From a virus: a stretch of DNA of 64,000 bases. The notes under the pieces were generated by a model that saw nothing but the letters and a program-made list of their open reading frames with translations, was not told the DNA's origin and made no database searches. The position numbers were made by a program, and so were the translations under genes. The stretch's first letter is position 1, and each line of letters starts with the position of its first letter. Shown piece after piece: positions 57,174-64,000 of this stretch. Location of the stretch: IMG/VR virus record IMGVR_UViG_3300001041_000017, positions 16,058 to 80,057 of that record. One strand, written 5' to 3'.

Positions 57174-59342
57174 ATGATCCTACAAACAATAGGCTGCCAA
57201 AACTTCGGTCCATTCAAGGACTGGAATGAAATAGAGATACCCCAACAAGGGGTTATTTCTATTATCGGAGAATGGAAAGGTCAGAAATCAAGAAGTAACT
57301 GGTCAGGGAAATCTAGTTTTATAGAAATGATAACTTACCTACTTTACGGAAAACACAGAAACAAATCAGACAAAGATCTAATTCATAACAACGCCTCAGA
57401 AGATATGATAGTGAAAGGAACTTTCTTATTAGAAGACGGTTCCCAGATATCAATAACAAGAGGAAAATCATTATCTGGTGATTTAATTTTAGAAGTTGAA
57501 GGATACGAAGGTGAACATAAAAAAGATGTCCAAGAATACCTAAACGAATTAACAGGTTTAGAGTATGAAGACTTTATAAACACATCCTTTTTCCTTCAAG
57601 GAGATATTCACGGAATAGCTACATCCACAAGCAGTAAATTAAAAGAAAAGTTTTCTAGATGGATAAATAATTCTCATTGGGACGACTACTTAGAAACAAC
57701 AAAAGAGTTTATTAAAGGATTGGAAAAAGTAATAAATGAAGTTAATTATGAAATAAACATAATTCAAAAAAAGAAAGACAATTTAGATGAATTGAAATCA
57801 TCTTTGAAAGATTTAAGAGAAGAAAAGGAATTATTATCGTTTGACTTAGAAGGTCTAACAGGTGTAGAAAGCCAGTTAAAGGCTGAATTAAAGAAGATAA
57901 AGGATATGGGTGACGACGACTACCTTCAAACTGAATATAACCATATTCTGAACATTATAGAGGATCTAAAACAAGACAACAAGGAATTATCTGAAAAGAA
58001 AGAGGAAATAGAAGAAAGGTATCAGACAGGATTAAATACTCAGAAAAAGATTAAAAAGATGAAATCTGAACTAAAGGAATATGACAAAATATCATCCTGG
58101 TATGAAGAATTAAAAACACGGCTTGAAAAATACCAAGAGAAATATTTAACAGCCAAAAACTCTATTACCAGAATAAACAAAGAGATTAGAAAAATAGCAG
58201 ACTCAAACGGAGTCTGTCCTTACAAAAATGAAAAATGTAAATACATCTCTATTGATGATATGTTGAATGAATTGAACAAAGAAATAAAAGAGTATTACGG
58301 AATAGAAGACAAAATGATCGAAAAGTTAGATGATGTAAAGAGAGAATTATCAGAAACAGAAAAACATCTTAATAATCTGAGATACATAAAAGGTCAGTTA
58401 AAAACTATTGAAAATATTTCAATTACTACTCTGTCCGACAAAGAAAAGCAAATCAAAAATTGTTCAATAAAAATTAAGAAAAACATCTCTCTAATAAAAG
58501 ATCACAAATCCAAGTTAGAAGAAATAGAAGAAAAGTTATCTCTCCTGGAGGATGACAAGCAAGAGGAAATAGAAAACAAGTTTAAGGAAAACCAAAAAGA
58601 TATTAAGAAACTTAGGCAAAAAATAAATTCATTAACAGAGGAAATCGGTAGTCTTAAAAATCAAATATCAAACATAAAAGAAGAGTCTAAAAAGATTCCA
58701 GACCTAGAAGAAAGTCTACAGGAATTAAAAGAAGAATTACAACAATATCAGTTTCTACAATTTGCATTCGGGAAAGACGGAATAAAGTCTTTCCAGTTTG
58801 AGTCAGCATTCGAAGAAATAGAAATTCAGGTAAACAAAATATTGGACAAATTAGAAACAGATATGTCTCTGGAATTCTCTTCGGTAAAAGAATTGAACGA
58901 CTGGGAAAAGAATTGTCCGGTTTGTGGATGTCTATTTGAGAGTAGGCAGAAACAATGTCCAGAGTGTAGTTGTGAGAGGGGTAAACGGAAGAAAGACGAA
59001 CTATCTATGAGGTTTTATAATGGAGAGTCTGAAATGGAGTTCACACAAGCTTCTGGAGGACTTAAAGTAATACTTAGTTTAGCTATTCGGTTAGCTATAT
59101 CTAATTTGAAAAGAAATAAAAGTGGGAGTAAGGTAGACTTTGTGATTTTAGACGAAATCTTTAGTAATTTAGACAGTATAAATCAGGAATTAGTTTTGAA
59201 ATTAATAAAAAAAGTGATGCTGAAAAATTTAGGTATCAAGCAAATATTTATTATAAGTCATAGATCTGAAATTAGTACATCGTTTGAAAATATTATCAAA
59301 ATTAAAAAGTATGATTCATATTCTACTTTTGGTTGGAGTTGA
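57174..59342 (+). CDS. sbcC: SbcC/Rad50-like ATPase
   Basis: N.SGKSS Walker A, FLQG Q-loop, coiled coil with a CP hook region, SGG signature, LDE and ISH motifs. Confidence 0.92.
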   Translation: MILQTIGCQNFGPFKDWNEIEIPQQGVISIIGEWKGQKSRSNWSGKSSFIEMITYLLYGKHRNKSDKDLIHNNASEDMIVKGTFLLEDGSQISITRGKSLSGDLILEVEGYEGEHKKDVQEYLNELTGLEYEDFINTSFFLQGDIHGIATSTSSKLKEKFSRWINNSHWDDYLETTKEFIKGLEKVINEVNYEINIIQKKKDNLDELKSSLKDLREEKELLSFDLEGLTGVESQLKAELKKIKDMGDDDYLQTEYNHILNIIEDLKQDNKELSEKKEEIEERYQTGLNTQKKIKKMKSELKEYDKISSWYEELKTRLEKYQEKYLTAKNSITRINKEIRKIADSNGVCPYKNEKCKYISIDDMLNELNKEIKEYYGIEDKMIEKLDDVKRELSETEKHLNNLRYIKGQLKTIENISITTLSDKEKQIKNCSIKIKKNISLIKDHKSKLEEIEEKLSLLEDDKQEEIENKFKENQKDIKKLRQKINSLTEEIGSLKNQISNIKEESKKIPDLEESLQELKEELQQYQFLQFAFGKDGIKSFQFESAFEEIEIQVNKILDKLETDMSLEFSSVKELNDWEKNCPVCGCLFESRQKQCPECSCERGKRKKDELSMRFYNGESEMEFTQASGGLKVILSLAIRLAISNLKRNKSGSKVDFVILDEIFSNLDSINQELVLKLIKKVMLKNLGIKQIFIISHRSEISTSFENIIKIKKYDSYSTFGWS

Positions 59343-59346
59343 TTAG

Positions 59347-60303
59347 TTGTCTAAGAAAATAAAATATGCTAAAAATACAGGTGTTTCAGTATGGGAATTA
59401 AAAGAAAGATTGAAACTTCCTTTAGAAATTAAGATAAATATGTCTATCCAGAGAATAATTCAATGGTATGAGTATTACAACGGAAATGTTTATATTTCTT
59501 TTAGTGGGGGTAAGGACAGTACCGTTCTAAATCATCTAGTAAGAAGTATTTATCCAAATGTTCCTGCCGTGTTTTCTAACACTGGTTTGGAATTTCCTGA
59601 GATAGTATCATTTGTTAGAGAGACAGATAATGTAATTTGGGTTTAACCCAAATTACACTTTAAAGAGATTTTAGATAGATACGGCTATCCAGTGATTAGT
59701 AAAGAAAACGCTAGAAAAATACATGATCTACAAAATCCAACAGAGAATAATAAAAGAACAATATCCTTGAGAATGGGATTAGAACCAAGTAGAAATGGAA
59801 AATTTAATGTCGGGATGGTCCCTTTGAAGTGGCAATATTTAAAAGACGCTCCATTTAAAATAAGTGATGCTTGTTGTGAAGTTATGAAGAAAAGACCATT
59901 TAAAATTTATGAGAAAGAACAAGGTAGAAAACCGTTTATAGGTTCAATGGTTTCTGAAAGTAGATTTAGGATGAATAATTATATAAGAAATGGCTGTAAT
60001 GCTTTTAATTTAGACAGACCTTTCAGTATTCCGATTTCTTTCTGGACAGAAGAGGATGTTTGGGAGTATATTAGAATTTTTAATGTACCATATTCAAGAA
60101 TATATGATATGGGATATGATAGAACTGGTTGTGTTTTCTGTCTTTTTGGAACACATTTAGAGCAAAAAAGAGGATTAAATCGTTTTCAAAGAATGTATTC
60201 AACACATCCAAGTCTATGGAAATTCTGTATGAACAAATTAGGATTAAAAGATGTATGTAAATATGTAGGTATTAAAACTATGCCGAGGAAGGTGAAATAT
60301 TGA
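59347..60303 (+). pseudogene. PAPS-reductase-like protein interrupted by one in-frame TAA (59644-59646)
   Basis: SFSGGKDSTVL and NTGLEFPEI, then V*PKLHFKEILDRYGYPVISK, CC..MKK.P and RTGC.FC, all in one frame. Confidence 0.85.
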
Positions 60304-60318
60304 TAGGAGGAATAATTA

Positions 60319-60957
60319 TTGGGTAAATTTATAGATTTAACTGGTCAAAAATTTGGGAGACTTTTAGTTTTGAAAAAGAAAAAGAAAAGACAAAGTCTTC
60401 ATATTGTTTGGTTGTGTAAATGTAAATGTGGAACAAAAGTTTCTGTTTTAGGATATTCTTTGAAAAATGGAAAGACAAAATCATGTGGTTGTTATAATTT
60501 AGAAATGGTAAGAACTCATATGATGAGTGGTACTTATTTATATAAAATATGGATTGATATAAAAGATAGATGTAATAATAAAAACAATACTTCTTATAAG
60601 AATTATGGTAGTAGAGGTATAAAAATTTGCAAAGAGTGGAATAAAGATTTTATGAAATTTAGAGAATGGTGTTTAAATAATGGTTTTGATAAAAGTCTAG
60701 AATTAGATCGTAGAAATAACGATAAGGGTTATTCTCCAGATAATTGTAGGTGGATAACTAAAAAACAAAATAATAGAAATAAAAGAACTAATGTTTTTAT
60801 TATTTATAAAGGAAAAAGAAGAACATTAATAGAGGTTTCAGAATTAACAGGAATAAATTATAGAACATTAGTTGGAAGATATGGTAAAGGTTTTAGAGGA
60901 AAAAATCTTATTTTTATTAGTCAGATAATGAAACTTAAAAAGAGGGTGAAATATTGA
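60319..60957 (+). CDS. Free-standing HNH-type homing endonuclease
   Basis: DLTGQKFGRL, WLC.C.CG, SCGC, YG.RGI and DR.NN..GYSPDNCRW motifs; flanked by 15-bp direct repeats. Confidence 0.85.
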   Translation: MGKFIDLTGQKFGRLLVLKKKKKRQSLHIVWLCKCKCGTKVSVLGYSLKNGKTKSCGCYNLEMVRTHMMSGTYLYKIWIDIKDRCNNKNNTSYKNYGSRGIKICKEWNKDFMKFREWCLNNGFDKSLELDRRNNDKGYSPDNCRWITKKQNNRNKRTNVFIIYKGKRRTLIEVSELTGINYRTLVGRYGKGFRGKNLIFISQIMKLKKRVKY

Positions 60958-61598
60958 TATTAGCACTAGACCTATCGTTAACTGGTTCTGCCTTAATCCT
61001 TTTAGATAAAGGAATAATGCAGGATTTCTGGTTCTTCACACAAATAAAAAAACAAGCAAAACATAAGCAAGCCATATTTTTAAGTAAAGAAATTTCAGAA
61101 TATGAACGCTTAGAGGTCATTACTGATACTACACTTGATATAATAAGAAATAGGGGCAATAAAATAAAGTTTGCTGCCATAGAAGGATATTCGTTTGGAG
61201 TCGTAGGTAAAACATCAAGAATACTCCAAACAGCAGAATTTACAGGACACATTAAAAAATATCTTTATTCGTCAAGAATTCCTTTTAGAATCTATCCTCC
61301 TGACAGAATAAAATTATTCGCAACAGGAAACGGAAACGCAACAAAAGGAATGATGATGGTAGCAGTATTAAAACGATGGGAAAAGATAGACTTTTCTCAG
61401 TTTGGAAAGTCAGCCGAGGATTTAGCAGATGCCTATTCAATAGGCCAGCTATTAACCTGGGAATTGAAAGTAAAAAGAATGATTAATCAAAACAAAAAAC
61501 CTAGACTGAATGCAGCAGAAAAAAAGATCCTATATCATAAAACAAAATCTTTTCCAATCCCATTGCTAGAACAGTCTTTAATCGTTAAAAGGGAGTGA
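60954..61598 (+). CDS. RuvC-like Holliday junction resolvase
   Basis: ILALDLSLTGS, IEGY, K.FATG.GNA.K and D.ADAY motifs. Confidence 0.88.
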   Translation: MILALDLSLTGSALILLDKGIMQDFWFFTQIKKQAKHKQAIFLSKEISEYERLEVITDTTLDIIRNRGNKIKFAAIEGYSFGVVGKTSRILQTAEFTGHIKKYLYSSRIPFRIYPPDRIKLFATGNGNATKGMMMVAVLKRWEKIDFSQFGKSAEDLADAYSIGQLLTWELKVKRMINQNKKPRLNAAEKKILYHKTKSFPIPLLEQSLIVKRE

Positions 61599-61616
61599 AA
61601 GAATGGTGGATCATCA

Positions 61617-62153
61617 TTGAAAAAAAACTCCAAACTAAGAGGGAGAAGGTGGTATATAGCCTACATTCCTTACGCTACAAATAGCGATAAAGAAATAAAA
61701 AAGCTTTTAAAAAGAGGAATATTCACAGAAAGAAACATTCAGTTTTATTACCCTAAGTACAAAGTTATCAAGTATAAAAAGGGTAAAAGAAAAGCAGTAT
61801 GGGAACCGTTACTACCCAATTATTGTTTCTTTAAACTCAATGATTACAAAAAAGATTCACCTTTGTTAAAAAGATTTTTACCCATCGTAGGATTTGTAAC
61901 AGAAGATCCTATATCGAAAAAAGAAATACATAATTTAAGAAAGAAATCGAAAGAAGTTAAGAAAACTAAGTTTAATCATTTGGTGGGGAAGACGGTGATT
62001 GCCACAAAAGGATCATTTAGAGGACTTCCTGGAGAATGTGTTAAACTGGTTAAAGGTGATAGGTTACAGGCCAGAGTTCGAATCTATCTTGGAAAGAAAT
62101 ATAAGTTAGATGACAAATTAGTGAATGTCGATGAACTGGAGGTGTTAAACTAG
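61617..62153 (+). CDS. NusG-family transcription elongation/antitermination factor
   Basis: NGN domain (WY...P......K.GK......PLLPNY.F) and KOW motif (GKTV....GSF.G..G). Confidence 0.8.
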   Translation: MKKNSKLRGRRWYIAYIPYATNSDKEIKKLLKRGIFTERNIQFYYPKYKVIKYKKGKRKAVWEPLLPNYCFFKLNDYKKDSPLLKRFLPIVGFVTEDPISKKEIHNLRKKSKEVKKTKFNHLVGKTVIATKGSFRGLPGECVKLVKGDRLQARVRIYLGKKYKLDDKLVNVDELEVLN

Positions 62154-62897
62154 GTGGATGTAAGTGGAATATCTCTAGGTCTATTGGGTGGGTTTATATT
62201 CAATGCAATAAATAATTATTTTAGATCTAGAACATTAGCCAGGATAGGTTCTGAAAATGGAGATGAAAAGATACTTGGACGTTGGTACAACATAAGAAAG
62301 ATTAGAAAAACAGATAGGCTAAGAATAGCTTTCGCCGGAGCCGGAGGAGTAGGTAAGGGAACTTTAGGAGAAATGTTAACTAAGGAACTGGATGGAATAT
62401 TTATCCCTAGTCATATCTCAGAAACAGGCAAAATGATAGGGTTAAAAGATTCTTTCCTGGATAACCCTTCGGATGAATTAAGAATAACCTATCAGTGGTC
62501 TATAATGATAGGTCAAATGTATCAGGAGCGAGCAGCAACACTATCTACAAGACAAGCATTAATCTTTGAAAGAAGTGTTGTAGATTATTTAGGATACCTT
62601 CTAAATTATAAAGAGAATGATATCCTTAAGGAAAGAGATAGGTACATCGAAATAGTAACCGAGTGGACTAAAGTTAGTTATGATGTAATAATCTACATGA
62701 AACCAGACTTCACTCCTTTAGATTCTAAGGTTAATACTTGGAAAGAGAGAGGAGAAGGAAGAGGCAGGACCGGGGAGATTATTTTGAGCTATTTGAAGTT
62801 CATAAAATCATCCGGAGCAAGGTTCCACCTACTTGAAGTCGGTGGAAGTATTGAAGAAAGATTTGACGTAATAAAAAATTTCATAAAAAGTATATAA
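62154..62897 (+). CDS. P-loop nucleotide kinase (NadR/AAA_28-like)
   Basis: RIAF.GAGGVGKGT, ERSVVDY..Y and YD.IIY motifs. Confidence 0.7.
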   Translation: MDVSGISLGLLGGFIFNAINNYFRSRTLARIGSENGDEKILGRWYNIRKIRKTDRLRIAFAGAGGVGKGTLGEMLTKELDGIFIPSHISETGKMIGLKDSFLDNPSDELRITYQWSIMIGQMYQERAATLSTRQALIFERSVVDYLGYLLNYKENDILKERDRYIEIVTEWTKVSYDVIIYMKPDFTPLDSKVNTWKERGEGRGRTGEIILSYLKFIKSSGARFHLLEVGGSIEERFDVIKNFIKSI

Positions 62898-62967
62898 TAG
62901 TATTGATTATTTTTTAAGTTATCATTTATAATACAGATAATATAAAAACGAGAGGGGAAATAAAACA

Positions 62968-63429
62968 ATGGCAGGTAAAGCAGAGGTAGCTAAAATAGGT
63001 GGAGTTAAGGCCGAAGCGGTAGAAGGAACTATAAAAGGTATTCTGGAACTTGTAAGATCGGGTAAGAAGGTAACGCTTCACGGTCTTGGGACATTTGATG
63101 TAATCTACAGAAAGCCCAGAATGGGAAGGAACCCTCAAACCGGAGAAGAGGCTCCAATGGAGGAAAGACCAGTCCTTAAACTGGAGGTCAACAAAGAACT
63201 CCGGCAAGAACTGTACGACGACAAAGCACTTCTTAAGTTAGTTAAACAAAAACACAAAGACAAAGAAGCTGCTAAAAAGGCAAGAAAAGAAGCCAAAGAA
63301 AATGGTGATTCTGGAGATGCCGAGAAAAAAGCTTCAACAAAAACAGCTAAAGGGAGCAACGTCAAAGACGGTAAAACCTCAAAAGTCGATGGCGAAAAAA
63401 CCGCTAAAAACAAAAGCTCTAAAAAGTAG
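62968..63429 (+). CDS. HU/IHF-like DNA-binding protein with Lys-rich tail
   Basis: GKKVTL.GLGTF....RKPR.GRNPQTGE. Confidence 0.92.
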   Translation: MAGKAEVAKIGGVKAEAVEGTIKGILELVRSGKKVTLHGLGTFDVIYRKPRMGRNPQTGEEAPMEERPVLKLEVNKELRQELYDDKALLKLVKQKHKDKEAAKKARKEAKENGDSGDAEKKASTKTAKGSNVKDGKTSKVDGEKTAKNKSSKK

Positions 63430-63445
63430 ATTATGAATCTCCGGA

Positions 63446-63476
63446 AGAAGCAGTTTAAAAATAGCTGCTTCTTTTT
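63446..63476 (+). terminator. Intrinsic terminator
   Basis: AGAAGCAGTT / AGCTGCTTCT stem plus T run. Confidence 0.75.
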
Positions 63477-63505
63477 ATTTTGACTAATTGAGAGGTGTTT
63501 GAATT

Positions 63506-64000
63506 ATGAGATATGATGTCTTACTGGTTGACGGTAAGAATTTATGTTATCGGGCTTATTACGGAAATAAAACCTTGAAAGCTAAAATAAGGAATAAGAG
63601 TGTAGGGACCGGTTGTATTTTCGGTTTTGTGAAAACTCTTATTATGGTACACGAACAAGTTATGTCCGATAAAGCTAAAATAATAGTTTGTTGGGATTCC
63701 GGACATGAAAGAAGAACTAAGATTTATCCTGGATACAAAATAAACAGAACCGATAAAGCTAAAAATTTAACTAAGAAAGAAAAGAAAGAAAAAGAAGAAT
63801 TTGAAAGGCAAATGAAAGAATTAAAAAAAGTATTACAGATTCTTGGAATAGATCAAATGTATCGTGAGGGTGAAGAAGCTGACGATTTAGTGGGTTCATT
63901 AGCCAAGAGGCATGAAAATAGAGGAGAAAATGTTTTAATCTTTTCTGGAGACCATGACTTCTACCAGTTAATAACTGAAAAAGTAAGCTTTTATAAAAGC
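63506..64000 (+). CDS. 5'-3' exonuclease (PolI N-terminal/FEN family), 3'-truncated
   Basis: LLVDG.NL.YRAYY, WD.G..RR..IYP.YK.NR, EADD and SGDHDF.QL motifs. Confidence 0.9.
   Translation, partial: MRYDVLLVDGKNLCYRAYYGNKTLKAKIRNKSVGTGCIFGFVKTLIMVHEQVMSDKAKIIVCWDSGHERRTKIYPGYKINRTDKAKNLTKKEKKEKEEFERQMKELKKVLQILGIDQMYREGEEADDLVGSLAKRHENRGENVLIFSGDHDFYQLITEKVSFYKS

Noticed and set aside
59644-59646. Genome-wide stop-codon reassignment suggested by the in-frame TAA
   Set aside because: TAA, TAG and TGA all end many intact genes here, and no other gene appears fragmented this way.
1-64000. tRNA or rRNA genes
   Set aside because: No cloverleaf or rRNA-like segment was recognised in the short intergenic spaces. 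The CCTCCTTTCT at 34561 is only a 10-nt match to the 16S 3' end.

Overview
This is a 64-kb segment of a large, AT-rich tailed phage of a Firmicutes (Bacillota) host. It is probably a temperate siphovirus, and almost everything is encoded on the + strand. Region 1-32.9 kb is the virion and lysis module: an M15A peptidase, an Acb2/Tad1-like small protein, head-tail joining proteins, the major tail protein, tail assembly chaperones joined by a -1 frameshift, the tape measure, a large set of partly paralogous tail/baseplate proteins, an SLT+M15A tail hydrolase and holin-like genes. Region 33-64 kb is a largely self-sufficient replication and recombination module: SF2 helicase, initiator, DnaC-like loader, DnaB, DnaG, dUTPase, DnaE, SSB, RecA, split SbcD, SbcC, RuvC, HU and a 5'-3' exonuclease. 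It also holds a putative DNA-modification set (radical SAM, DUF6884-like, TGT/DpdA-like, MT-A70 and an interrupted PAPS-reductase-like gene) and a NusG paralog. A lysogeny cassette sits in the middle: a large serine recombinase, a 48-bp attP-like inverted repeat whose core reads like the SpoIVA Walker A (VRaGKSTF), an XRE repressor, a switch region with a perfect Spo0A box and a CRP/FNR-type site, and a SigH-like sigma factor carrying two C2H2 zinc fingers. The best candidate for a new system is this sporulation-coupled switch; the TGT/radical-SAM modification cluster is second. All family assignments come from motif recognition by eye; no searches were run.
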